Below, piece by piece: positions 28,292-43,387 of a stretch of DNA of 64,000 nt. Position 1 is the first letter of the stretch, and each line of letters begins with the position of its first letter. The notes below the pieces were generated by a model. That model did no database searches and had not been told where the DNA came from. It saw only the letters and a list, made by a program, of their open reading frames with translations. Origin of the DNA: Eledone cirrhosa (Eukaryota); NCBI GenBank assembly GCA_964016885.1, contig OZ024748.1:2666001-2730000 (forward strand), written 5' to 3'. Both the position numbers and the translations under genes were made by a program.

Positions 28292-28417
28292 AGTCTTGTT
28301 CTGTTTCTCAGGTGAGAAGCAGGTGAAACTCCGAATAACAAGACTCACTATTTAGCCCTAATAAAATGAATATTTAAACTCTAATTCGGTATTGAGTACT
28401 CTTTTCTCTTGGCCGTC

Positions 28418-28420
<3 letters not shown>
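28292..28420 (+). mobile_element. PLE-derived element with a core-deleted HHR
   Basis: Stem agtcttgt/acaagact encloses the hairpin ctgtttctca-gg-tgagaagcag plus gtGAAActccgaATA. tattgagtact at 28390. Ends in TA. Confidence 0.55.
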
Positions 28421-28505
<85 letters not shown>

Positions 28506-29120
28506 GAGATCAAATGTATCCATGTGTGTAAGGAAAGTTAGTGGAACATGGACGAGACTACTGTTAGAAAATATAGCACATACACACACACACATACACA
28601 CACACATACATACACACACATGCACACACACATACATACACACACATGCACACACACATACATACACACACACATACACATATACTTTCACATACAGAGA
28701 GAGAGAGAGTGAGAGAGAGAGAGGAGATATGGTGATATAAAGATAGATAGATTCAGTGATAAAACAGGAGAAGACGATAGAGAAAAAGAAAAAGTAGAAG
28801 GTAAGACAGTGTGTGTGTGGTAGTGTATGTGTGTGGTTGTGTATGTATGTGTACGCGTGTGTGCGGTAGTGTATGAGTGTGTGTATTTATATATATGTGT
28901 ATGTGTATTTATATATATATGTGTGTGTATGTATATGGTAGTTAGAAAGGTGGGTGTAGAGGTCGAGTGAAGTGTGCTTAATGAGAAGTCGGTAAGGATG
29001 AAACAAGGTAATCTTAGAGCGATATACAGCAATACATTACCAGCAGTAATTATTGACATTTACTATTTATGTTTCTTCCTAATGACTTCATTTTATATGG
29101 ACAGAGACACACAGACAGAC

Positions 29121-29220
<100 letters not shown>

Positions 29221-29321
29221 CGCACACACACGTCAAAATTCGTGCCACACTAGTTGCAGTTACTATATTTCTGAGTAGCCACTTTTACTTGGGCACCAAA
29301 TCATCGCTGACTATATATAAA

Positions 29322-29382
<61 letters not shown>

Positions 29383-29488
29383 TGTGTGTCTGTAAGTAGC
29401 TGCTTATGTATGTAAAGTCTTGAAATCTTAATCACTTAATCAACTATCTTCGCAATTTTGGACCCTCAATATCCCGAAAAGCTATATA

Positions 29489-29853
29489 TGAGGGTAATCC
29501 CAAAAGTAAGGTCTCCAAAGCGATGGGGACGCAGAGAAACTGTTCGTGCGGCTGTTGGCAACACTGTTGTGATTGGTGCTTCCTTCACTCCCAAACAAGC
29601 AGGGCGCGCGCTTCGCTGGGATGCTCAATCTTGGCTTGGCAGCCGTTGAGAATGGAGCTCCCGTTGAACGCTATATACGAGGGCAATCCCAAAAGTAAGG
29701 TCTTCTTCCGAGGAAAACATGCGTAAAGATTGGCGGATCACTCTGGATTCTCTCTGCATTTTGGTTCCTGAGGTTTCCCGAAGCACCATCCACAGGATTT
29801 TAACGGAAAAGTTACAATATCGGAAGGAGACCTTACTTTTGGGATTGTCCTCG
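29489..29853 (+). mobile_element. Internally deleted mariner transposon with an extra internal left TIR
   Basis: TA|(t/c)gagggyaatcccaaaagtaaggtct at 29489 and 29678, inverted copy ending 29853|[37 protein letters not shown] resembles the second HTH region of mariner transposases. Confidence 0.85.
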
Positions 29854-29909
29854 TATATATATATATATATATATATATATGTAAAAGGTAAACAGAAATA
29901 ACAACACAA

Positions 29910-30061
<152 letters not shown>

Positions 30062-30073
30062 TATATATATATC

Positions 30074-30251
<178 letters not shown>

Positions 30252-30473
30252 GCAAGTATGAGCTAGAAGGTGTGATGTATGACGTATGAGAGGTTTAGCA
30301 GTGTGTGACACGTAACACACATCTGTTATTGATGTGTGAGATAGTAAGGAGGACAAGCTAACAACTCCATATTTAGTGATAAAAGACAAGAACAGGTCAG
30401 ATCATCTCTGATATATCTCCCTTGTCATCGGATCCGATGATTGTATATATATATGTATATATATATGTATATA

Positions 30474-30517
<44 letters not shown>

Positions 30518-30814
30518 CATATACATACATTTATATACATATTCTCACAAACACGCATATATATATATATGTATATACATAGATATATTTACATTAATAG
30601 ATATACATTGATATACATTGATATATATATATTTATATATACATTGATATATATATATTTATATATACATTGATATATATATATTTATATATACATTGAT
30701 ATATATATATTTATATATACATTGATATATATATATATTTATATATACATTGATATATATATATATATATATATATGTATACATTGATATATATATATAT
30801 ATATATGTATACAT

Positions 30815-30907
<93 letters not shown>

Positions 30908-30928
30908 TATATACATATATATAGATAG

Positions 30929-31005
<77 letters not shown>

Positions 31006-31014
31006 TATATAGAT

Positions 31015-31064
<50 letters not shown>

Positions 31065-32060
31065 GTATACACATATATATACTTGTACACACACGCCTAT
31101 CTGCCTGTGTGTGTGTCTGTCTGTGTGTCTACGAGAAAAATGTGTTGCTTAGATGTGGAATTATGACAAAATGATGGCCGCAGATCGTTATTTATGACAT
31201 TCGTCTTTCAACAATGGAGTCTTAACTTAGATTAGACAGGATTAATTTTGAAAAGACATAAGAACATAAAGAGCGATGTAGCCTTTTCATCCTCTCTTAA
31301 ATGATCAGTTATTACCATTCATCAAATCTAAGTATGTGTTTATCTGAAGACCTCTGTGTGTGTGTGTGTGTGTGGTACACAGTCATGGCTCAGTGATTAG
31401 CAAGATGGCCTCGCAATCATGAGGTCTTCCGTTGGATTTCACCTTGTCTACTACTTTCTAACGGTTTCCTATTGGTTTCCTAAGCTTTGTTAATAGAATT
31501 TGGTTGACGCTGACTGGGTGGAAAACCGTCAGATGTACCCTACCTGTGGCCTCGCAATCATGAAGTCTTCGGTTCGCTTTCACCATGTGGAAACTGGTGA
31601 AATGGTGTACCTTCTAACGGACTCGTGTCGATCTAATTTTTTTTTTTTTTTGAGAAATTGGTAGATGTAGGCTGTGTGGAAGGCCGTCAGATGTACCCTA
31701 CCTGTGTCTATATAGCATGGTCACGTTTGAGTGATAAATAATGTTTGTCGAATTTGGCGGACGGAGACTGCAGAGAAGCCCGTCAGATGCACCCTACATG
31801 TGTCTATATAGCATTGTCAAGGCTGAGTTATTAACATGTTGCTGTCGAAGCCATTAATTTAATAATACAAAATACAGACGCTGCATTGTTCGATTATTTT
31901 TATACAAAATTACCATATATGTCCCTAAACATCATATCTGTTTAAGTCGTGTTAAATGTGAAGTATTTCCCGTCATTGTTCAACATTGGCACATATATTA
32001 AATTCAAACTTGTTTGGTCATTTCTTCGTATCAAATCTTCATAGCTAGTTATTAACAACG

Positions 32061-32197
<137 letters not shown>

Positions 32198-32244
32198 CAC
32201 ACACACACACATATATATATATACATACAGATATAGATAGATAG

Positions 32245-32315
<71 letters not shown>

Positions 32316-32389
32316 TATATAGTTATATAAGTATGTAAGTAGTTAAACACGACAGACAACAGCAAAAAGGAAAAATAAAACACTAATAA

Positions 32390-32603
32390 ACACCAACACC
32401 ACCAATAACTACACCACCAATAACTACACCACCAACAACAACACCACCAATAACTACACCACCAATAACTACACCACCAATAACTACACCACCAATAACT
32501 ACACCACCAATAACTACACCACCAATAACTACACCACCAATAACTACACCACCAACAACAACACCACCAATAACTACACCACCAACAACACCACCACCAA
32601 CAA
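32390..32603. repeat. 15-bp minisatellite (accaccaataactac)n, about 13 copies
   Basis: Directly visible. Source of the WWCSY ORF. Confidence 0.93.
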
Positions 32604-33484
32604 GACAATACTCGAGATATTCACTTATAACAAATAATCATGTGTGACTACCATATATATTATTAAAGTCATTTTAGAAAAGATTATCAACTTTGTTATT
32701 GAATTTGCTCGTTTATTGGAAATACTAGAAATACTGTCAAATATTTATTACTCTTATTTAAAAAGACGAAACAAACAAAAAAACTAAGTCAACCAAATAT
32801 AAAACCTCCCCAACTTTCACTCTTCAACAAATCAGAATAAAACTGATTATAAAATATTTATCTCCAGGGCTTTTTTTCCTTTCTTTTTTTTTCTTTCTTT
32901 TTTTCTTTTTTCTTTTTTTCCTTCTTTTTTCTTTTTTCCTTCTTTTTTCCTTTTTTTTCCTTTTTTCTTTCTTTTCTCTCTTTTTTCTCTTTTCTTTTTA
33001 CTTTCTTTTTCTTATTTTTCTTTTTCTTTCTTTCTATTTTCTTTCTTTTTCTTTCTTTTTCTTTTTCCTTCCACTTTTCTTTTATTTTCTTGTTTCTTTT
33101 TTCCCTTGTTTTATTTTTTCCTTTTTCTATCTTCTAATTCAATTCGAAGTACCTTATTTCCTTACGATGCGATGCTGCATTGTTAGCGTTTGATTAAAAA
33201 ACAATATGTCGGTCGTTTTGTTGTCACTTCCGGTAGATGCATAATTAATAGACGCCATTTTACCGAACAATTATGTTAGGGCCGAGCAATGGAATCTATG
33301 GTGCTATGATGTTACTACGTACAATATCTAATATCAGGATATTGTGGATTGTGAAATAAATTAGGATCTACTGAAAATAACAGCTCCTCCCTTCTATATC
33401 TCTGAAATATGATGTACATTTCAGTTGCTGTATATTAGAGGCTATGAATACATGTATGCATGGTGTATATATATATATATATAC

Positions 33485-33659
33485 GTTATTCCGGGTTGAA
33501 TCGGAGGTAACCACAGTAAGTAAGGTACTCAATACATAGCAGAGTATAAAAGTTTTAATATAGATGAGATTCTACAGGACTAGAACTGTTTCATTCATTA
33601 GAAATCATCTAATGAATGAAACAGTTCTAGTCCTGTAGAATCTCATCTATATTAAAACT

Positions 33660-33660
<1 letters not shown>
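33485..33660. mobile_element. PLE-derived family B fold-back
   Basis: About 50-bp perfect arms, aagttttaatatagatgagattctacaggactagaactgtttcattcattaga and its reverse complement, centred near 33605. TA flanks. Confidence 0.88.
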
Positions 33661-33714
<54 letters not shown>

Positions 33715-34134
33715 ATGCATACACACATCCACATAAGCACGTTTGCGAATTTATATAAATACTCACACGTGTATGTTTTATAATACACATGTACGTGCAC
33801 ATGCGCCCGCCCGCACACACACACTCACTCACGCATAAATGTATATATATACACACACACATTTAATATCTCTCCCTCTCTCCCTCTCTCTTTCTCTCTC
33901 TATATATATATATAGTCTTATGACTTCAGGTGAATGTAGTAAGGCCCTTCAGAATAAAGTACATAAAAACATAAGACGCTGAGGTCAGCACGAGAATGAA
34001 ATACATAGAAGAGCAACAACGAACAATAGACAAAGGTGGTGGTGGTGGGGTGTTGAGAGAAAGAGAGGGTTTAGCAATAATAACAACACATTAATAAACA
34101 GGTAGTGATAAAATCTGTCTCAAGCCAGAAGTTT

Positions 34135-34452
34135 CGTTTGGCCGGAGCTTATCCTGGTTTTCGTGGGATGACAGCCATTCTTGGATTAAACCCCAGCTAT
34201 TGGGTTTAAATGTTCAAGACACGCCGTATGTCTCGTCGGTGACCTACGAATCGTTCAGTACTTTGGGACAGTACCGGGCAGGACGTCAGTTCATCGCAGT
34301 TATTACTGGTACTCATTTTCAGCTGAATATATTGGAGCAACGTGAAATGAAGTGTTTTGATCAAAGCACAACACGCGACCCAGCCCAGGAATCGAATTCA
34401 CGAAATTATGATCGTAAGTCCAACACCCTTACCACAAAGCCACGTGCCTCCA
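34135..34452 (-). mobile_element. SINE family 2, near full length
   Basis: Minus strand: ggaggcacgtggctttgtggtaagg (A box) ... ttcgattcc (B box) ... cacttcatttcacgttgctcca ... ctgcgatgaactgacgtcctg ... ggataagctccggc. Confidence 0.8.
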
Positions 34453-34454
34453 CT

Positions 34455-34645
34455 AATAATTGCTTCTACTTTCGGCACAAGGCCAGCAATTATCCCAGTG
34501 TATTACTGGTACTTTATTTTATGGACCCCGTAAGGATGAAAGGCAAAGTTAACTTCTGCGGGATTTGAACTCAGACCATGAAGGGCCGCAACTCTTTGCT
34601 GCAAAGAATGGCGTCCGACCCTCTACCGATACTACCAATCCACCA
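34455..34645 (-). mobile_element. SINE family 1
   Basis: Near-identical to 12865-13055. Confidence 0.9.
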
Positions 34646-35542
34646 AACAAAACTAATTTCATTTTGTTGTAGATGGATATATGTTCAAAACGGCAGATTA
34701 TGTTTAATTACCTTGGGAGTGGATGGCTTATAGACCCAGAAAGAGATTAAAATGTCAAAATATATAATTTTTTCATTAGAACAGTGAGATATTGAACTAG
34801 CAACCGTAAAGCTCCACCGTTTTGCATCGCTCCCTTTTATGTCTTCAACAGTAAGACTATGTAATCCTGTCGTGTTTTAACGAATATTTTAAATGGCAGG
34901 AAAAAAATCAACAAAATATCTACCGAACCATCGGAAGACAACAACATTAACACCAACAACAAGATTACCATCATCATCATCATCATCACAATAAATCTTA
35001 CTCTCTATCTTTAGTTCCTACCCCACCTCACCTTAAGACCAAGTAATACTGTCCTGTTTTAACGAATATTTTAAATGACAGGGAAAAAATGAGCCATCAG
35101 AAGATGACAATAACAACAACAAAAATATAATTATCATCATCATCATCATCATCATAAGCATTTCCATAATAAACCTTACCCCACCCCATCTGTTCTCCCC
35201 CCCCCCTCCCTCCCTCCCCCGCCCCCACCTCACCCCTAAAAATATATATCTTGCTCTGAATGGTTTCTTTCTCTTGTCATGTGACTATCTGACGGAAACA
35301 TTGTTTGATTGGCGAATAGGGTTGGTGGGGTGAGGGCGGGTGGAAGGGGTTGATGGGGTGGAAGTAACCATTATCTGTCACCATCACCACCACCATCATC
35401 ATCTCATCATCTCATCACAATCACTATCATCATAATCATTACAATCACCATTCAGATCGTCATTATCATTATCATTATCATCATTATCATCAACCTTATC
35501 ATCATCATCATCAATATCATCATCATCATCATCATCATCAAT

Positions 35543-35579
<37 letters not shown>

Positions 35580-36147
35580 ATCGACCATTGTCTTTGTCAT
35601 ATTAACCGCCATCCCCGTCACCCTCTATCGACATAACATCTATTGTCATCATCTGTTGCTATTGATGTTCTTGTTGCCAATGTTGTTGTTGGGATGGTGT
35701 CGTTGTTGTTGTTGCTGTTGTTGTTGTTGTTGTTAGTGGTGTTACATAGGTTATTGTTTGTGTTGTTGTTGTTGTTAGTGGTGATATGTACGTTATTGTT
35801 AGTGTTGCTATTGTTGTTGTTGTTAGAGTTGTTAATGTTGTTACTTCAACTGTTGTTGATGTTATTAATTTTGTTTATTTCTTCAATAGTTTTTGCTGTT
35901 GCATATGTTATTATTGTTGTTGTTGTTGTTGTTGTTGTTATATATGTTGTTCTAACTGTTGTTGTTGTATTTGTCATATTAAGACATCCAATGAAAGCTT
36001 GACAGAAACATCTGTATCACATGGCTGACTGACCTAGAAACCGTTCCAGGACTCTGGGGACACCTCGTAGTAGGAGTTTAAAGTCTGACTGGCAGAGAGG
36101 GGGAGGGGGAGAAAGAAGAGATTGTATGTATCTGAGCGACAAAAAGG

Positions 36148-36218
<71 letters not shown>

Positions 36219-36230
36219 CACACACACACG

Positions 36231-36324
36231 ATCGCCCAAAAATGTATACACACTTTGATTACCTGTACAGGCAATATTTATTAGAATGATGTTCAAGTAT
36301 GTATACATTTTGGGGGACATCTTG
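36231..36324. mobile_element. ~95-bp Tc1/mariner-type MITE
   Basis: cccaaaaatgtatacacactt...aagtatgtatacattttggg. Same element at 37615 and 50678. Confidence 0.78.
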
Positions 36325-36330
36325 TATATA

Positions 36331-36375
<45 letters not shown>

Positions 36376-37064
36376 ATGTGTATGTGTGTATATATGTATG
36401 TATGTAATTTGTATATATATGTGTGGGTGTGTGTGTGTGTGCGTGCATTGGTCGCTTGAGATAGTCAAATCGCTATAGATAGACATCATGGCGGCTATAA
36501 AAAGCCGTCAGCCGCTCATCAACACTAACTTCCTGTCATCTTCAATATTTAAATCCAACTTGCTTTTCTATCGTGCTAAACACAGTCTAGAAGGCGTTAT
36601 GAAGTTTCACTCGCGTGCATGCACACACACATGCACACGCATACAAACATACATGCACACGCATGCACACACAATCGTGCTTACACATGCACACATATGC
36701 ATACGCACGCATCTGCCTACTGACGTGCCTGCAGACACGTACACACATTTATTTTCTCCCAAACACATCTGTCTTCTCATATTAGGCACACAGAAAAGCA
36801 CATCCCGTAGAAATTCAGAGATAGTCGGATGGGTAGATAGATGGAGAGATATCTTTCTTTATTTGCCACAGGGACGTACAAAAAAGGGACATTAGAAGAC
36901 GTGACGGCAGGGGTTTTACATGATAGATAGATAGATAGCTAGCTAGACAGACAGACACATATGTGCCTATTATTTATGTATGTGTCTCTCTGTTGTTGCA
37001 TGTATATATTTATGTTCTTTATAAAGGTACACGGTCACACACACACGTTCATGCACTACATGTT

Positions 37065-37233
37065 GTATTCGGTAGAGGGTCGGACGCCATGCTTTCCAGC
37101 ATAGTTACGTCCCTTTACGATCTGAGTTCAAATCCCACCGAGGTTGACTTTGCCTTTCATCCTTACGGGGTCGATAAAATAAAGTACCAGTAATTCACTG
37201 GGTAATTGCTGGCCTTGTGCCTAAAGTAGAAAC

Positions 37234-37238
<5 letters not shown>
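37065..37238 (+). mobile_element. SINE family 1
   Basis: cggtagagggtcggacgccatgc...gagttcaaatccc...gtaccagt. Confidence 0.88.
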
Positions 37239-37281
<43 letters not shown>

Positions 37282-37525
37282 TAGAGTATATATTTGTTTT
37301 AAATTGGTTTTTTCTCATGACTCAGGAGTTTTCCAGCCCGATGGCATGATACTCGAGTCACGAGCAAAAATATTAGCTTCAAATATACGTATATATATAT
37401 ACATACACATGTATGTATATATATGCGTGTGTGTGTGTATTTATATATATATATGTGTGTGTGCTTATATATATATATGTGTATGAAAGTATATATGAAT
37501 ATAAGTATTGTGTGTATATATATAT

Positions 37526-37597
<72 letters not shown>

Positions 37598-37614
37598 ATA
37601 TATATATATACACA

Positions 37615-37702
37615 CAGGGTGTCCCTAAAAATGTATACACACTTTGATTACTTGTACAGGCAATACTTAATAGAATGCTGTTGAAGTGTGTATACATTTT
37701 TG

Positions 37703-37705
<3 letters not shown>
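37615..37705. mobile_element. ~95-bp Tc1/mariner-type MITE
   Basis: cagggtgtccctaaaaatgtatacacactt...aagtgtgtatacattttt. Confidence 0.78.
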
Positions 37706-37737
<32 letters not shown>

Positions 37738-37954
37738 CATACAGCGAGACACAATCACACATGGCAATACACAATGGTTCGCTATCAACTAATGGTTAAA
37801 GTGTTTATATTTTGATATAAACTGAATAAAAAGTAGAACCATTAGAGGATCGAATTAGCAGATTTGTGATCCATTAAACTGTTTGAATGTACTTTTATAG
37901 ATCTTACTTTATATTATGTAAATAGTTAGAAAATGAAGTAATAGACTCCATATG

Positions 37955-38078
37955 TTTGTCTCTCTGTCTCTGTCTCTCTCTATCTGCCTGGCTGTCTGCC
38001 TGTCTGTCTGCCTGTCTATCTCTCTCTCTATCTGTCTGTCTGCCTGTCTATCTCTCTCTCTATCTGTCTATCTGCCTG

Positions 38079-38109
<31 letters not shown>

Positions 38110-38170
38110 GTCTATCTATCTATCTGTCTGTCTCTCTGTCTGTCTGTATGTCTGTCTATCTATCTATCTA

Positions 38171-38238
<68 letters not shown>

Positions 38239-38242
38239 TCTA

Positions 38243-38333
<91 letters not shown>

Positions 38334-38394
38334 GTCTGTCTATCTGTCTGTCTGTCTGTCTGTCTCTCTGTCTGTCTGTCTGTCTCTCTGTCTA

Positions 38395-38430
<36 letters not shown>

Positions 38431-38452
38431 TCTGTCTGTCTGTCTGTCTGTA

Positions 38453-38490
<38 letters not shown>

Positions 38491-38502
38491 TCTGTCTGTC
38501 TA

Positions 38503-38548
<46 letters not shown>

Positions 38549-38600
38549 CATCCATCCACCAACCCATCTATCTATCTATTTATTTACCTGACTATCTATC
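37955..38600. repeat. (TCTG)n/(TCTA)n compound tetranucleotide repeat
   Basis: Directly visible. Confidence 0.96.
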
Positions 38601-38754
38601 TGTATTTTTTGTTTGTTTGTTTATTATATCGAATTTCTTTATAGGTATCGAACACTTTGAAACTACTCTATAATATAATACAAGATAAGATATTTACATA
38701 TTTTAAATTAATTAATTATTTACCTGAATATTAAGGTGTTAAAATATCGAATAT

Positions 38755-39022
38755 ATGACAGTCGTTAAAACATTAGAATTCCTTGTGGTATTACTTCTGA
38801 CTTACTGTACTCTGAGTTCAAATCCCACCAAGGTCAACTTTACCTTTCAACATTTCGAGGTTAATAAAAAGTACCAGTGTAATACTGGGGTCGATTCTTC
38901 CTCTATATCTCTTTCTTACTTCCTTCCTCGCAATCTTCTCTGGAAGAAATCAGCTGTGTTGAGACGTGGAGAGGAGATGAGCTCCATCAAGGTAGAAACA
39001 CGTATGTCAATACGGTGTCCCT
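38755..39022 (+). mobile_element. SINE family 1, long-tail variant
   Basis: gagttcaaatcccaccaaggtcaac...ggggtcgattcttcctctatatctc...cttctctggaagaaatc. Confidence 0.8.
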
Positions 39023-39437
39023 GAATCAGCATCAGATGCCACGGATACGCACGCACGCACATGGACACATACACACACACACACACACACACACTCATAT
39101 ACATTCATATATACATACACACTCAAACTGTCAAACACACACGCACACACACACGCGCACACACACGCACACGCACACACACACACACACTCATATACAT
39201 ACATATATACATACACACTCAAACTGTCACACACACACACGCACACACGCGCACGCACACACGCACACACGCACACGCATACACACATTTATATATTTAT
39301 ATATTTCGTAATATCAGTGATCCGCGGAAGACCGCCGATGAGCGGGTTGTCCTTATGTTTGTGTTTCTCTCACGTTTCTCTCACGTTTTCTAAATAATAT
39401 TTATTAGTAACCACACAACGTCGTTCTCACTTTTTAA

Positions 39438-39482
<45 letters not shown>

Positions 39483-40013
39483 TATGAATATCGAATCCTT
39501 GAAAAACAGTAAAATCTAACACAGAATAGACCTTGGCCTGGTTATGGCGAGTTATTGATTTCAAAAGAATTAAGAGAAGAACAACGAATGTGTAGTAAAG
39601 GAAAGTAATGTTTTTTATTGAATTATTCCTGTTACACAGAAGTTTATCACATGTTGATATGTTTTACAGCTTTATAAAACTGTTAGTCGTCTCCATATCA
39701 TGTGAGATGCTCGTTTATTGAATTACCATTGGTATTATCAGATATCAATTGAATGATTGTTTTGTTGAGACGGACAACAAATCAGAACCAGAGCAGTTGT
39801 GATAATTTTAGCGCATTACCCTACATCACAGCACAGTGTATGTACTGCACACACACGTTCATACACTCAGGCACACACACACACACACACATACTCACAC
39901 AGACAGACGGTCAAACAAACACCCACGCACTGTCTCTCACATACACACGTTCACACTCACACACACAGACGCTCTCTCTCTCTCACTCGCTTTCGCTCTC
40001 TCTCGCTCTCTGA

Positions 40014-40091
<78 letters not shown>

Positions 40092-40537
40092 GAGAGAAAG
40101 ACCATTATTTTGCTGGCAACAGTTTATTCTGCCTGACTTCATATTTGGAAATCTATTGTTCCTAACCAACATTCAAAATATATTTCATTAATTCAGCGTT
40201 GACTTCAAAGGGGAGGGAGAGGGGGGAGAGATATCAACAGACACTGCAAATATAGAGAGGGGGAGGAACAGATACAACAGACACTGCAAATATAGAGAGG
40301 AGGAGGGAGAGATACAACAAGAGAAACTGCAAATATAGAAAGAGCAAAGCTTATGATGAAATGAGGAGCTTTTTATGCAGTTGTCGCCTGATCTGCTTTT
40401 AATAGAGCCGCCTAGAAAATCTCCCTAAAAAAACAACACATACAGACACATACACACAATCACACACACACACTTTCTCTATCTCTTTCACATACATACA
40501 TGCATGCATGCATAAACAAAACATATGTATACACACA

Positions 40538-40624
<87 letters not shown>

Positions 40625-40642
40625 TCCCTCTCTCCCTCTCGC

Positions 40643-40699
<57 letters not shown>

Positions 40700-40856
40700 G
40701 CCATCTTTCAAGAGGAACGACATATTACAAATGGTAAATCTTTAGGACAGATGTACCCAAAAATGACGATGTCTTTGTCCTCCGTCGGTGTTAACGATGA
40801 GCACCTGGATGTCATTCTGTTGTATTTCAACATTTTCTATTTATACACAACTAACT

Positions 40857-41110
40857 GTAGCAGTGGAGATTTCTGGTGTCTTTGGCCCTAGGGCCACCTC
40901 CCTACTCACCACCATCGGCACAGAGTTGGCTACTCGGAAGAGGTTCGAGCTTGGCGACCTGGAATGACTCTTTCAGAGCGTCTCCCTCACCATCTTCCGG
41001 GGAAAACGCCTTCTCTAGTCTGTCCGCCGGGGCCACGGGGCAACCATTTGCTCATAACAGTGGGAGATGGAGAGAGACGGAGGCAGTGAGGGGTATATGT
41101 TCCACGACCT
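40857..41110 (+). mobile_element. CRE-clade-like retrotransposon 3' remnant, second copy
   Basis: VAVEISGVFGPRATSLLTTIGTELATRKRFELGDLE*LFQSVSLTIFRG/NA. Homologous to 11020-11350. Confidence 0.75.
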
Positions 41111-41392
41111 CACTCTTCACAGACACACAACCACTTCATATATATTAACTAAATGTTGAATATTGAATATTTCACCTCCAAATAATAGTAGTAGAGGCAG
41201 CTAATCGAAGAGTGTCAACATATTTATAACATATTTCTACTAATCGAAGAGTGTCAACATATTTATAACATATTTCTATCTTCAGTAATTAAGAAAACTT
41301 CGTACAAATGAAGGGTTATAGCTCATGGCTTAATTAATAACTGGTCTGATCTCGATTTTTATAATTAAGCCTTATTGTATATCATTTCAAGT

Positions 41393-41558
41393 GTTTTGTG
41401 TTCTTGAGCAACACACTTCATTCCACGTTGCTCCAGTATATTCAACTGAAAATGAGTACCAGCAATAGCTGGGGGTTTAACCATGTGATGGACTGGCGTC
41501 CTGTCCAGGGGGAGTCTTGTACTCTCAGTCGCTTCACTCCACGTTAACCGGGATAAAC
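41393..41558 (+). mobile_element. SINE family 2 body (CORE-like plus V-like segments)
   Basis: tgtgttcttgagcaacacactt...tgtgatggactggcgtcctgtccaggggg...aaccgggataa. Confidence 0.72.
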
Positions 41559-42415
41559 TGTTGAATATTGATTTGACATCAAAACACACACATACATATA
41601 TCCACACACACACATATCTACACACACACGCACATATATCTACACACACGTACACATATATCCACACACACATATATCCACCCACACACACGCACACATA
41701 TCTACACACACACACACACATATATCTACACACATGCATATATCTCCAAACACACACACACATATGTATATCCACACACACACACACACATCCACATACA
41801 CACACATATCCCCCCCCACACACACATATCCACATACACACACATAAACCCCCCCACACACACACACTCTCATAGACATATGGTGGACGTTAGAAAATGG
41901 CTGCTATGCTACACTAAACACACTCCGTTCTAGTGCACATATGATGTGATCTATATGATATTGTTAAGATATCTTTGTGCATTTGTTATCGCCATTCATG
42001 TCACCGATCAAGATTTATCAATTCAATTCAAGTGTGAAATATAGCGATGACGAAATGATGGTGTTCGGTTTATAGTATAGCAATTCTTCAAAATCTGAAG
42101 CTTATAAATGTCAGATTTCCAACTACAATAATAATGAAAATTCTGTGCAGCGACGAAAATTATAATTTGCTATTATCATATAGTATATAAATTATTCTGA
42201 TAAATATGAATGCAAGTTGTTGTATCTGCCATATACTTATAGTTTAATAGATATCAATTATAAACATGTTTATAATAGTTAAAGTATTACTACGACCAGT
42301 GTTGGGTAGCAATATCACTTTAAGAAAAATAGTGCAGAACTTAAGCTTTTCAAACGATGTATATGAATGTTTGAAATAGTTTAATTCTTTAATTATAAAT
42401 CTTTAACAGGAAGCC

Positions 42416-42521
<106 letters not shown>

Positions 42522-42532
42522 TATATATATAA

Positions 42533-42779
42533 GTTTATCCCGGGTTCAATCGGGGGTAACCACAGTAAGTAAGGTACTCAATACAAAGCAGAGTATAAAT
42601 ATTTAATATAGAAATGGCATTTACAGGACTAGAACTGTTTCATTCGAAGGAAACAATCAAGAAAGCCATTGAAATGAGAGTTCTAGACCTGCAGAAACCA
42701 TTTCTATATTAAATTTGTATACACTCTACTAATCTATTGAGTACCTTACTTACTGTGGTTTCTCCTGATTGAACCCGGC
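42533..42779. mobile_element. PLE-derived family B fold-back, both arms long and diverged
   Basis: ccgggttcaatc...accacagtaagtaaggtactcaata pairs with tattgagtaccttacttactgtggt...gattgaacccgg. Confidence 0.85.
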
Positions 42780-42956
42780 ATACACACACACACATATACG
42801 GGAAGATAAATCAAATTGAGCATCGGGCTCTACAGTCGGCGCATGTTGACGGTTATGCAATTGTACAGAAACATAAGTTAAAGATTGAACACTCAATAAA
42901 TTTCTACTTCTCACTACTACTTCCTGTTTAGTTCTTCCTGGTTTCCTGGTACCATA

Positions 42957-43038
<82 letters not shown>

Positions 43039-43042
43039 ACAG

Positions 43043-43073
<31 letters not shown>

Positions 43074-43114
43074 CATATATATATATACATATATATTTAT
43101 ATACATATATATAC

Positions 43115-43204
<90 letters not shown>

Positions 43205-43225
43205 GTATATATATGTATATAAATA

Positions 43226-43291
<66 letters not shown>

Positions 43292-43316
43292 TATACATAT
43301 ATATACATATATATAC

Positions 43317-43387
<71 letters not shown>

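Noticed and set aside
32870-33130. Long polypyrimidine tract as a splice acceptor
   Set aside because: No recognisable downstream exon. It could be a decayed A-rich tail on the minus strand.
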